From: an uncultured Bacilli bacterium
Lineage (GTDB): Bacteria; Bacillota_I; Bacilli_A; RF39; UBA660
Assembly: GCA_947586655.1 (NCBI GenBank)
Contig: CANPXR010000001.1
Span: 1,638-65,637, forward strand
Length of the DNA: 64,000 nucleotides
Direction of reading: 5' to 3'
Both the position numbers and the translations under genes were made by a program. The first letter of the stretch is position 1. Each line of letters begins with the position of its first letter. The notes beneath the pieces were generated by a model. The model ran no database searches. It was given only the letters and a program-made list of their open reading frames with translations, and had not been told where the DNA came from. Shown piece by piece: positions 11,027 to 20,577 of the stretch.

Positions 11027-12664
11027 CTACATTTTATCCATGGCTTTAACACCTATAAGTCTTAAAGCATTATTTATTGTAATTTGAACGGTTTTTATTA
11101 TACTTAACCTTTCGGATGATTCTTTTTCATCATCAGTTAATATTCTATGTTTACCATAATAATTATGGAACATTCCAGCAAGTTCATACACGTAATTAGT
11201 AATTAAATGTGGTTCTTTTTTTGAAGCAGCGTTAAAAATAACATCACTAAATTCATAAACCTTAAGAACCAGTGCTTTTGAATCTTCGTCATTAACAATA
11301 TCTATTTTTTTACTAACAGGAATATTCCTTGCCTTAGCATCATTTAGTATCGAACATATTCTAGCATGAGCATATTCCACGTAAAATAAAGGATTTTCAT
11401 TTGACTGTTTAAGCGCTAAATCAAGGTCAAAATCCATTTGTCCATCCAAAGATCTCATCGCAAAAAAGTATCTTGCGGCATCTTTTCCTATTTCTTCTAG
11501 TAATTCTCTTATGGTAATACTTTCACCAGTACGTTTACTCATTTTAACAACGTTTCCACCGCGAAGTAACTTAACCATTTGAAGGAGCCTAACTTCTAAT
11601 TTATCTTTGTCATATCCCAAGGCTTCAATGCTTGCCTTAAGTCTTGATACGTAACTATGATGGTCCGCTCCAAAAACGTCAACCAAATAATCAAATCCCC
11701 TATCAAACTTATCTAAGTGGTAAGCAATATCAGGAACAAAGTACGTATAGCTTCCGTCCGCTTTAATTAATACCCTATCTTTATCATCACCATACTTAGT
11801 TGTTTTTAAAAACACCGCGTTATCCTTAGAATAAACAAGTCCTTTTTCATCAAGGATCTTTAAAGACTCTTCAATTCTTCCTTTTTCTCTTATTTTTTTC
11901 TCACTCGTCCAAACATCAAAGGTAACCCCAAAGTCAGATAAGTCCGTTTTAATCACGTTAAGTAAATAATCAATCGCAACCTTCTTAAAAAACTCTAAAT
12001 CTTCGCCTATTTTTTTATCACTATATTCATCTTTAATTATCTTAGCTATGTCTATTATTTCATGCCCATAATAACCATCTAAAGGCATGTTTTCTTCTAA
12101 TCCGCATAATCCTTTGTATCTTTCTTTTACCGAGGCTCCTAGGTTATTTATTTGATTACCAGCGTCATTTACGTAATACTCTTTAGTAACGTTAAAGCCC
12201 GCAAAAGAAAGAACGTTTGATAAATTCATTCCGTAAGCTGCTCCCCTTGCGGTACCAAGGTGTAAAATTCCAGTAGGGTTAGCACTAACAAACTCAACGT
12301 TTATTTTCTTACCATTACCAAGGTTAATTCTACCATAATCATCTTTACTTTCTATAACGCCATTTACCCCACTAAAAACATATTTATTTTCTAAGAAAAT
12401 ATTGATAAAACCAGGGTTTACTACGACAACGTTTTTGATTTCATCAAAACCTAGTAATTTTTCTTTTATTAAACCTGCGATATCCATTGGATTACGTTTT
12501 AAACTTTTAGCTAATTTCATCGCTATAACGCATGAAAAATCTCCGTTTTGACGTAGCTTTGGAACTTCAATCACAACGTCTTTTTCATCATAGTTTATAC
12601 TTAAATCTTCCAAGGCTTGGCATATCATATTTTTAACGTTTAATTTAAGATTCATGAAAATCAC
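11027..12664 (-). CDS. argS: Arginyl-tRNA synthetase
   Basis: 545 aa; class I HIGH-like block (PTGILHLGTARGA) and the ArgRS KMSK variant (VKMSKRTG). Confidence 0.9.
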   Translation of the reverse strand: MIFMNLKLNVKNMICQALEDLSINYDEKDVVIEVPKLRQNGDFSCVIAMKLAKSLKRNPMDIAGLIKEKLLGFDEIKNVVVVNPGFINIFLENKYVFSGVNGVIESKDDYGRINLGNGKKINVEFVSANPTGILHLGTARGAAYGMNLSNVLSFAGFNVTKEYYVNDAGNQINNLGASVKERYKGLCGLEENMPLDGYYGHEIIDIAKIIKDEYSDKKIGEDLEFFKKVAIDYLLNVIKTDLSDFGVTFDVWTSEKKIREKGRIEESLKILDEKGLVYSKDNAVFLKTTKYGDDKDRVLIKADGSYTYFVPDIAYHLDKFDRGFDYLVDVFGADHHSYVSRLKASIEALGYDKDKLEVRLLQMVKLLRGGNVVKMSKRTGESITIRELLEEIGKDAARYFFAMRSLDGQMDFDLDLALKQSNENPLFYVEYAHARICSILNDAKARNIPVSKKIDIVNDEDSKALVLKVYEFSDVIFNAASKKEPHLITNYVYELAGMFHNYYGKHRILTDDEKESSERLSIIKTVQITINNALRLIGVKAMDKM

Positions 12665-13028
12665 TCCATTCTACTTTGAAAACAAAAACATCACTAAGTT
12701 CATCCTTAACGTATAGTTCGTACTCGACAAAAAGATTATTATCATTTACTTGTAATTTCCTGGTATTTACCATAACATCAAGGTTAAGGTTTAAACTTTT
12801 CATAAAACATACGCCAGGGCATTTTTGTTTTTCTTTAAACGTAAGTTTAAGTTCAAAGTCTTCGTTTTCTCTTTTAATAAAAACAGAATCTTTTGATAAT
12901 AATATGTTTATAAAAGCAGAGCTATCTTTATACGTAATTAAATTATCTTTTTTTATTCCATTACAACTAGTTAAAAGCGCTTTAGAATTATTACTAGATA
13001 TTTTGGAATTAATCTTTATTTTAGCCAT
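12645..13028 (-). CDS. DUF1934 (YwiB-like) small beta-barrel protein
   Basis: 127 aa; overlaps the argS start by 20 nt, the usual ywiB-argS pairing in Firmicutes. The weak family call is my inference. Confidence 0.45.
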   Translation of the reverse strand: MAKIKINSKISSNNSKALLTSCNGIKKDNLITYKDSSAFINILLSKDSVFIKRENEDFELKLTFKEKQKCPGVCFMKSLNLNLDVMVNTRKLQVNDNNLFVEYELYVKDELSDVFVFKVEWSDFHES

Positions 13029-13143
13029 AAAACATCCTTAAAAAAATTCTAGAGACAATATAGCATAGAAAAACAAAAAGGTCAATAAAATACTTATATT
13101 TTTAGTTTTTTAACAAATAATAAGACTAGAAAGAGGCGATATA

Positions 13144-15096
13144 ATGAAAAAGTTAAAAATTATTATAAAATTGTGTATCGCCTTAATGTTACTTTTTTGT
13201 TTTTCATACACCACCTTATTTTTATGTGCTAAGTATGGGAGTAAAATAGACATTGAAAACTCAAATAGTATATACATGTATGATGGTAGTAATAAAAGTT
13301 TTTATGAGGGTAATAATGGTACTAAAAAATGGGTGAAATTAAAAGACATATCAAAACATTTAATTAAAGCAACAATATATTCTGAAGATAAAAACTTTTA
13401 TAATCATCCAGGATTTGATATTCCAAGAATTATTAAGTCAACCATCGTTAACATTAAGTCAAAGGATTTAAAAGAAGGTGCGTCAACCATTACGCAGCAA
13501 TACGCAAGAAACTTATTCTTAACCTTTGATAAAACCTGGGAAAGGAAAATAAAAGAGGCCTGGTATGCCTTTAAACTAGAAGCGCAATACACTAAAGATG
13601 AAATTTTAGAGGGTTATTTAAACACCATAAATTATGGTAATGGTATATTAGGTATTGAAAACGCTGCCCTTTACTATTTTAATAAACCCGCAAAAGAACT
13701 TTCTTTAGCAGAAAGCACCATGCTTGCAGGAATTCCGAAGTCACCTAATAACTACTCTCCTTTAAACGATGAGTTAGCCGCTAAAAAAAGACAAAAACAA
13801 ATTCTAAAAGCCATGGTAAATAATGGTGCTATCTCAAAAAAAGAAATGAATGAAGCATTAAACTTAAAATTAACCTACCACGGAAGAAAAGAAAACTTAA
13901 ATTTATCAACGATTATGTACTATCAGGACGCCGTTATAAGGGAATTAGAATCACTTAAAATAGTTAGTGATGATACGATTAGGCAAGAAGGGTTAAAAAT
14001 ATACACAACCCTTAACGTTGAAGCGCAAACAGTACTAGAAGAAAGTATTAAAACTAATTTAGAAGGAAAAGATGAAATGCAAGTTTCCGCAATAATGATG
14101 AACCCTGATAATGGTGAAATAATTGCCCTTGCAGGAGGACAAGATTACTCAAAGTCTCAATATAATAGGGCGGTGCAATCAAAAAGACAGGTTGGTTCTA
14201 CCATGAAACCGATTTTATACTACGCCGCATTAGAAAACGGGCTTACGGCATCTACTACTTTCTTAAGTAAACCTACGACTTTTACGTTAGATAATAACCA
14301 TACGTACTCACCTAATAACTATGGAAATATATATCCTAATGACAAAATAACAATGGCACTTGCAATCGCGTATTCAGATAATATTTACGCAATTAAAACC
14401 CATTTATTTTTAGGTGAAGATACCTTAGTTAAATATGCAAAAAAGATGGGAATAACCAGTAAATTACAATCAAATGCATCTTTACCACTTGGTACAAACG
14501 AACTTACCATAATGGAATTTGTTACCTCATACGCTACGTTAGCAAATACCGGATACAAAGTTAAAGGACATTTAATTAGAAAAGTTGAGGATGGAAATGG
14601 TGATGTAATATATAAATATAACGAAAAAAAAGATAGAATATTAAATAAATCTTATACGTATATTTTAAGTGAATTATTATCAAATACATATGATACTACG
14701 CTTACTAGTTACACGGCTCCGACCTGTGCTTCAATAGCGCCTAAGATAACCAAAAAATACGCGGTAAAAAGTGGAACTACTGATTATGACCTTTGGACGG
14801 TTGGGTATAACCCTAATATAGTAGTAGGTGTATGGACAGGTTACGATGATAACAGAAAATTATCAAGTAAAGAGTATAAATATTCCAAAAATATATGGGC
14901 GGATGCTACAGAACGTTACCTAAGGGAAGAAAAGCAAAGCTGGTATAAAAAACCAGATAACGTAGTTGGGGTATTAACTGACGTTCAAACTGGAGAAGTA
15001 GCTACTAATGATTCAAAATTAAAAAAAATCTTATACTATATTAAAGGGACTGAGCCAGGGTATAAAGGGAAAAATGATAAAAAAGAAAATTCATAA
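13144..15096 (+). CDS. ponA: Bifunctional class A penicillin-binding protein (PBP1A-type glycosyltransferase/transpeptidase)
   Basis: 650 aa; signal anchor; GT51 motifs (EDKNFYNHPG, TITQQ) and TP motifs (STMKP, SDN, KSGT). The only plus-strand gene in the window. Confidence 0.85.
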   Translation: MKKLKIIIKLCIALMLLFCFSYTTLFLCAKYGSKIDIENSNSIYMYDGSNKSFYEGNNGTKKWVKLKDISKHLIKATIYSEDKNFYNHPGFDIPRIIKSTIVNIKSKDLKEGASTITQQYARNLFLTFDKTWERKIKEAWYAFKLEAQYTKDEILEGYLNTINYGNGILGIENAALYYFNKPAKELSLAESTMLAGIPKSPNNYSPLNDELAAKKRQKQILKAMVNNGAISKKEMNEALNLKLTYHGRKENLNLSTIMYYQDAVIRELESLKIVSDDTIRQEGLKIYTTLNVEAQTVLEESIKTNLEGKDEMQVSAIMMNPDNGEIIALAGGQDYSKSQYNRAVQSKRQVGSTMKPILYYAALENGLTASTTFLSKPTTFTLDNNHTYSPNNYGNIYPNDKITMALAIAYSDNIYAIKTHLFLGEDTLVKYAKKMGITSKLQSNASLPLGTNELTIMEFVTSYATLANTGYKVKGHLIRKVEDGNGDVIYKYNEKKDRILNKSYTYILSELLSNTYDTTLTSYTAPTCASIAPKITKKYAVKSGTTDYDLWTVGYNPNIVVGVWTGYDDNRKLSSKEYKYSKNIWADATERYLREEKQSWYKKPDNVVGVLTDVQTGEVATNDSKLKKILYYIKGTEPGYKGKNDKKENS

Positions 15097-15104
15097 TAAA
15101 TAAA

Positions 15105-15138
15105 CAAAGATATAGCATTATAAATGTTATATCTTTTT
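15105..15138. terminator. Bidirectional Rho-independent terminator between convergent ponA and the 439-aa gene
   Basis: Near-perfect hairpin AAAGATATAGCATtataAATGTTATATCTTT with T-runs on both sides. Confidence 0.5.
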
Positions 15139-16446
15139 AAAATTATCTAAATAATACTTTAAAAACCCTAAAGGATCGCTTATTATACGATTTAAGTCTT
15201 TAACGTCTAACTCATTAATAACATCAAATAGTTTTTTTTCATTTTGACTAAAATTAAGGTTAACTACCTCGTTTACCTTCATTTTATGGGTATTTAACTT
15301 TGAAAAGATTTCAGGTTCTACCCCGTAAGTTTTCTTTAATAAGTAGCTAAAAATATCCTGATACTTAGCATTATTATTGGTAATATCCCTTAAAATATTT
15401 ACTACTTCAATTACCTTTAATTTTGATTTTGATAAGTAAAAAGATTTTTTATATAAATTAATAATATCAAAATAATCAATCTTTTCTTTAATTAGTTTAT
15501 ACATTTTATCAATCTTATAATTATCTTTATCACTGATACAATAAGAATCAATGTTTGATTTTGATATATTATAGTTACCAATAAGTAAATGTTTTAAAAC
15601 CTCTTGCTTTAATTCATTAACAAATAATACATCTTGTGGCAACTGCTGTATTAAGGAAAAAACATCTACCATTTCTTTTGGCAACTCTATTATTTTATTT
15701 TTATCAATGCTCCCATAATGAATTATCTCTAAAGAAGAAAAGGCATTATCTATCGTCTGAGCTAAAAATTGATTCGGTACATTTGAAATTATGTTTTTAT
15801 TAATTAGGTTTAACTTTGCAAACAACTTATTTTTTTCTAAGTTTTGACGATCACTTAACGCGAAGTAATTAACTAAATTATCATCTTTATTTTCATGTAT
15901 AATTTCCTTTTTAACTCCACTTTTAAACTTTTTTACAACTTCATCTAGTTCTTGATTTGATGATAAATTATCAATAATTGATAAACATGATTGTACATCA
16001 TTAGATATTTCACCTGCGTTAATTAAATAATTTATCCTTTTGTTAACTTCCCTAATCATATATTGACCAACATTTATAACCTTATTTCCCATTTCATCTT
16101 TAGGTACTTTTACTAAAACGTATTTATCCTTATAATATCCTCTACCATATAACAGCGAAACATTAGCATCAGTAGAAAGTGATATGCAATTAGTATCCAA
16201 TCTATGATGAACTTTAACATGGTCAAAAATTTGTTCTAGAGATAATTCATCTTTTGCATTATACTTAGGCTTTTTATCATATCTACTTAAATCAGTTCTT
16301 ATACTAATAATTTCTCCATTTAAGCCAAGTGTGATATTATCTTCTATATCCGTATTATCAGCATTATTTAAGGCACGAAAAAAATAATAATTTTTATCAT
16401 CACTAATAACGTTAAAATCATCTATGTTAAATATATCATTGTTCAT
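15127..16446 (-). CDS. Hypothetical 439-aa soluble protein (orphan; no family recognised)
   Basis: Long ORF, Lys/Asn-rich, no TM. Last gene after ftsH, convergent with ponA. Confidence 0.45.
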   Translation of the reverse strand: MNNDIFNIDDFNVISDDKNYYFFRALNNADNTDIEDNITLGLNGEIISIRTDLSRYDKKPKYNAKDELSLEQIFDHVKVHHRLDTNCISLSTDANVSLLYGRGYYKDKYVLVKVPKDEMGNKVINVGQYMIREVNKRINYLINAGEISNDVQSCLSIIDNLSSNQELDEVVKKFKSGVKKEIIHENKDDNLVNYFALSDRQNLEKNKLFAKLNLINKNIISNVPNQFLAQTIDNAFSSLEIIHYGSIDKNKIIELPKEMVDVFSLIQQLPQDVLFVNELKQEVLKHLLIGNYNISKSNIDSYCISDKDNYKIDKMYKLIKEKIDYFDIINLYKKSFYLSKSKLKVIEVVNILRDITNNNAKYQDIFSYLLKKTYGVEPEIFSKLNTHKMKVNEVVNLNFSQNEKKLFDVINELDVKDLNRIISDPLGFLKYYLDNFKKI

Positions 16447-16536
16447 TACACACCTCTAGTAATATAATAGAATTATAGCATAATTTTACTTAGCTTTCAA
16501 AAAGCAATAGATAAGCTTACATACTATTTAAATATA

Positions 16537-16560
16537 ATAAAAACGACTAATTGTCGTTTT
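16537..16560 (-). terminator. Hairpin terminator overlapping the ftsH stop codon
   Basis: AAAACGACaattaGTCGTTTT (8-bp stem) followed by a U-rich tract on the minus strand. Confidence 0.45.
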
Positions 16561-18532
16561 CTTGTTTTAATTCCCCGGATAAAGCTTTTTTTAAATCCTC
16601 TTTACTCATTGAACTATAACCTTTTATACCCTTTTCCTTAGCCATTTCCTTTAGCTTAGATAAAGATACATCATCTAACATATCATCATCTGGCATCTTT
16701 CCATTTTCTGCCAAATAATCAATTTGTTCCTTAGTTAAAGTTTCATACTCAATTAAAGTATTCGCTATAAGATCAAGTAAATCCCTGTTTTTTTCAATTA
16801 TCTTCTTAGCTTTTTGATAACAATCATTTATTATCTTTCTAACTTCATTATCTATTTCCAAGGCAACCTGATCAGAAAAGTTTCTATTTTTATTATAATC
16901 TCTTCCTAAAAAAGAACTTCCCTCAGGTGTTTCTAGCTGTATTGGTCCAAGGCTTGACATACCATATTCAGTTACCATACTTCTAGCAATTTTAGTTGCT
17001 TTTTCAAAGTCGTTTTGGGCTCCGGTAGTTACTTCCTCAAAAACAACTTCTTCTGCTACACGTCCACCAAGTAATCCCATTATTTGTTCTAATAATTCCG
17101 TCTTAGTAGCCGTATACTTTTCCTCTTTAGGAAGCATTAGGTTATAACCTCCGGCTTGTCCCCTAGGTATTATGGTTACTTTTTGTACGTCATTTGCATC
17201 ATCGAGTTTAATACCTAAAACCGCGTGACCTGCTTCATGGTATGCAACAAGTTTCTTTTCCTTAGCGGTATATTTTTTAGTTACTTTAGCAGGACCCATA
17301 ATTACCCTATCTATGGCTTCGTCTATTTCAGACATAGTGATTGCGGTTTTTTCTCTTCTTACCGCTAAAAGCGCAGCTTCGTTAAGTAGGTTTTCAAGAT
17401 CTGCTCCTGAAAATCCAACGGTTCTTTTAGCGATATTATCTAAGTGAACACCCTTAGATAATATTTTGTTTCTAGCATGAACTTTTAGTATTTCTTCCCT
17501 TGCCTTTTGCTCAGGTAAAGCAACGGTTACCTGTCTATCAAATCTTCCTGGCCTTAATAAAGCCGGATCAAGTACATCAGGTCTGTTGGTTGCTGCAATG
17601 ATGATAATACCCTCATTTGCTCCAAATCCATCCATTTCGGTTAATAACTGGTTAAGCGTTTGCTCCCTTTCGTCGTGTCCGCCGCCGATACCAGTTCCTC
17701 TTTGACGTCCTACGGCATCAATTTCATCAATAAATATTAAACATGGCGCGTTTTGTTTAGCTTGTTTAAACATGTCTCTTACCCTTGATGCACCAACACC
17801 TACGTATAATTCAACAAAGTCAGAACCTGATATAAAGTAAAATGGTGCGTTTGCCTCACCTGCTACGGCCTTAGCAAGAAGCGTTTTACCAGTTCCAGGA
17901 GGACCTACTAATAATACTCCCTTAGGTATCCTAGCACCTAACTTAGTAAATTTCTTTGGATTTTTCAAGAAATCAATTAATTCTTGTAATTCTTCTTTTT
18001 CTTCTGGAAGTCCAGCTACATCCTTAAAAGTAACCTTACCCTTATCAGGATTTAACCTAGCTTTACTTCTTCCAAAATCCATTGATCCTTTTTGACCATT
18101 AAGTTGTTTTGTAAAGAACCAGAATGCTATACCAATCAATAACAAGGTTGGTGCAATATTAATCAAAAAGGTTACCCATGCGTTAGCAGATGGATCAGAC
18201 TTAGATACTATTTTAAAGTCCTTCTTTTCACTTGCATCAACAATTTTATTAATAACCGTATCAGACAGTGGTGTTTTTACACTAAACGTTTCACCTTCCT
18301 TAGCACCTTTTAGCTTTCCGGAAATCTGATACGTATAAGCAGCGGTAGAAGGGGTAATAATAACTTCTTCTACTTTGTTTTCTGAAAGTGCATTATTAAA
18401 TTCATTATAAGTTAATTCCTTATTAGTTCCATTAGTCATGCTATAAAAAAACATTATTGATAGTCCAATAGCAAGTAATAGAACGTAAGGAAACATTCCC
18501 TTTTTCATATTTTGACTATTTTGATTTGTCAT
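16547..18532 (-). CDS. ftsH: ATP-dependent zinc metalloprotease FtsH
   Basis: 661 aa; Walker [12 protein letters not shown], and the HEAGH zinc motif. Confidence 0.95.
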   Translation of the reverse strand: MTNQNSQNMKKGMFPYVLLLAIGLSIMFFYSMTNGTNKELTYNEFNNALSENKVEEVIITPSTAAYTYQISGKLKGAKEGETFSVKTPLSDTVINKIVDASEKKDFKIVSKSDPSANAWVTFLINIAPTLLLIGIAFWFFTKQLNGQKGSMDFGRSKARLNPDKGKVTFKDVAGLPEEKEELQELIDFLKNPKKFTKLGARIPKGVLLVGPPGTGKTLLAKAVAGEANAPFYFISGSDFVELYVGVGASRVRDMFKQAKQNAPCLIFIDEIDAVGRQRGTGIGGGHDEREQTLNQLLTEMDGFGANEGIIIIAATNRPDVLDPALLRPGRFDRQVTVALPEQKAREEILKVHARNKILSKGVHLDNIAKRTVGFSGADLENLLNEAALLAVRREKTAITMSEIDEAIDRVIMGPAKVTKKYTAKEKKLVAYHEAGHAVLGIKLDDANDVQKVTIIPRGQAGGYNLMLPKEEKYTATKTELLEQIMGLLGGRVAEEVVFEEVTTGAQNDFEKATKIARSMVTEYGMSSLGPIQLETPEGSSFLGRDYNKNRNFSDQVALEIDNEVRKIINDCYQKAKKIIEKNRDLLDLIANTLIEYETLTKEQIDYLAENGKMPDDDMLDDVSLSKLKEMAKEKGIKGYSSMSKEDLKKALSGELKQENDN

Positions 18533-19859
18533 GTTCTTCCTCCTTGTAGTACTTTAATATTATATCATATTTACCACTTTTTGACTTATCATATTTAGAT
18601 TTTTTTAGGCCTGGTACCCAAATTATATTACCCTTACTATCTACTAATAATGGATATGTATTTCTATCTTGCTTAGGAATCTTTTCATTAATAAAAATAT
18701 CATGTATTTTTTTTGATCCCCCAAGGCCTAAAACTTCAACTTTATCGCCATTAATAAAACTTCTTACGTATAATGGGAAACTTATATCACCACTATTAAA
18801 GGCAGTAACATAATTAGAGGTATTTTCTAACTTATTAATTTGCTTAATCTTAAATCCGTTTGGCAATTCTTCATAGTCATTAAACACAAAACAATAACCA
18901 TTATATTTTAAATCATTATCGAAATATATCTTATTATAAGTCCTTACTAACTTTTTTTTATTTGGTAAAGATAATTTGCCATTTGGATTTTTACCTTTGA
19001 TAAGGGATAATATTAAATCCGTGTTATTATTACTTAAATAAATAACGTCATCGCCGTAATTATTAAACAAATACCTTGCTATTATCCTTTTTATAATTAA
19101 ATCATCATATTTTAACAACTTATCTATTTTCATTTCATTTGCAATTACCACTTCAGGATATACATCATCAATAATTTTTTCAAAATACTCATCATATTCA
19201 CATAATATGGTGGAAAATTTTAAAAACTGTTTATGAACGAGTGGATTTTCCTGTTTAAGGTATGGTACAACGTATTTTCTATACCTATTTCTTGTGTACT
19301 TATCATCAAAATTAGATTTATCCACCGCGTAAGGTATTTTATTTTCATCACAATAATTCAATAACTCATTTTTAGTAACTAAAAGAAATGGTCTAACAAG
19401 GTTAAAGCCTTTATGCTTACTTAATAATGATATACCTGCGTAACCTTTAAGCGTTGATCCTCTTGTAATTCTCATTAATATCGTTTCTATTAAATCATCA
19501 CCATGATGAGCGGTAAACAAATAATTAGAACCATATTTTTTTATTAATAACTCAAAAAAATCATATCTTCTTTTTCTTGCTTCTTGCTCTGTAAATTTAT
19601 TACCATTATAAGAATCAATTTTCATAAACTCAAAGCATATTCCTTTTCGCTTACAATAATCTTTTAATTTAACGCTTTCTAAGTCACTTTCTTTTCTATG
19701 ATTATGATGAACATGGGCACAAACTATTTTATTATTTGAATATACTTTGTTTATTATATCTAACAGTGCCATTGAATCAGGGCCATAAGATACCGCAACT
19801 ATTAAAGTTTCAGATTTACTTATTTTTAAATTTTCCAAAAACTCATAAACGGACTTCAT
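18516..19859 (-). CDS. tilS: tRNA(Ile)-lysidine synthetase
   Basis: PP-loop SGGxDS variant (AVSYGPDSMAL). Directly upstream of ftsH as in B. subtilis; here without an intervening hprT. Confidence 0.85.
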   Translation of the reverse strand: MKSVYEFLENLKISKSETLIVAVSYGPDSMALLDIINKVYSNNKIVCAHVHHNHRKESDLESVKLKDYCKRKGICFEFMKIDSYNGNKFTEQEARKRRYDFFELLIKKYGSNYLFTAHHGDDLIETILMRITRGSTLKGYAGISLLSKHKGFNLVRPFLLVTKNELLNYCDENKIPYAVDKSNFDDKYTRNRYRKYVVPYLKQENPLVHKQFLKFSTILCEYDEYFEKIIDDVYPEVVIANEMKIDKLLKYDDLIIKRIIARYLFNNYGDDVIYLSNNNTDLILSLIKGKNPNGKLSLPNKKKLVRTYNKIYFDNDLKYNGYCFVFNDYEELPNGFKIKQINKLENTSNYVTAFNSGDISFPLYVRSFINGDKVEVLGLGGSKKIHDIFINEKIPKQDRNTYPLLVDSKGNIIWVPGLKKSKYDKSKSGKYDIILKYYKEEEHDKSK

Positions 19860-19968
19860 AAAATCACCTTAACGTATATTGTATCATAAAAAAGAAAAAG
19901 AGCATATTAATTGTTAGTAATAATTTTTTACATACTTTTTATACCCCTTTTGTTAATTATTTATTATT

Positions 19969-20355
19969 CTACTTATAGTTTAATGTTTTTTGAATATCAT
20001 CAAAACATTCAAAATCTAAAAATAAATTAGATATTGATACTCCATTTACATCACCATCAATAAATCTCATTGGACTATATATTAGTTTTACTAATGGTTC
20101 TTCATCACACCAATTTGATAAAAATCCTTTGTTTAAATGATAAGTTGAAGGAATTACTAATTTATCTATTTCTACGGAAGAAATTATTACTGGAACACCC
20201 TTTATTTCATCGCCCAAAGTATTATCAGGTTTTACCACAAACTTTTTTGATATGGCAAAAAAAGCATCTGAATTTTGATCTATTAATCTATCACAAATTA
20301 AACCAAGTTTATTATCATATGCACGTTTTGTAAATTTTTTACATTTTTTATACAT
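19969..20355 (-). CDS. Hypothetical 128-aa protein
   Basis: ORF with a putative RBS (aaggggtag); no homolog recognised. Preceded by a ~140-nt leader and a strong promoter. Confidence 0.35.
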   Translation of the reverse strand: MYKKCKKFTKRAYDNKLGLICDRLIDQNSDAFFAISKKFVVKPDNTLGDEIKGVPVIISSVEIDKLVIPSTYHLNKGFLSNWCDEEPLVKLIYSPMRFIDGDVNGVSISNLFLDFECFDDIQKTLNYK

Positions 20356-20503
20356 AAACTACCCCTTACTTTTTAATATCCATGTAATATGTTTTATATA
20401 CATTAAGTAATTTTTTATTATTCTCTATACAAACCTAATACTTTGCTTTAGGATATCTTAACATGTCCATAGCAAATTTAGAATTCGTCTAAGACGAGTA
20501 TGT

Positions 20504-20532
20504 ATAATACAAAATTAAACTGTAATTGTCAA
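20504..20532 (-). promoter_or_regulatory. Sigma-A-type promoter (TTGACA-17-TATTAT) downstream of the rpoC terminator. It would drive the 128-aa gene and possibly tilS-ftsH.
   Basis: Minus strand reads ...gttaggtaTTGACAattacagtttaattttgTATTATacat... Confidence 0.45.
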
Positions 20533-20550
20533 TACCTAACCGAATGATTA

Positions 20551-20577
20551 TAAAAAAAGAAAGCATTTGCTTTCTTA
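20551..20577 (-). terminator. rpoC Rho-independent terminator overlapping the stop codon
   Basis: AGAAAGCaaatGCTTTCT followed by TTTTTTTA on the minus strand. Confidence 0.6.

Noticed and set aside
12676-13041. Plus-strand 121-aa ORF antisense to the DUF1934 gene
   Set aside because: Low-complexity Ser/Leu/Phe-rich translation and no RBS. The minus-strand ORF fits the conserved ywiB-argS arrangement and overlaps argS in the usual way.
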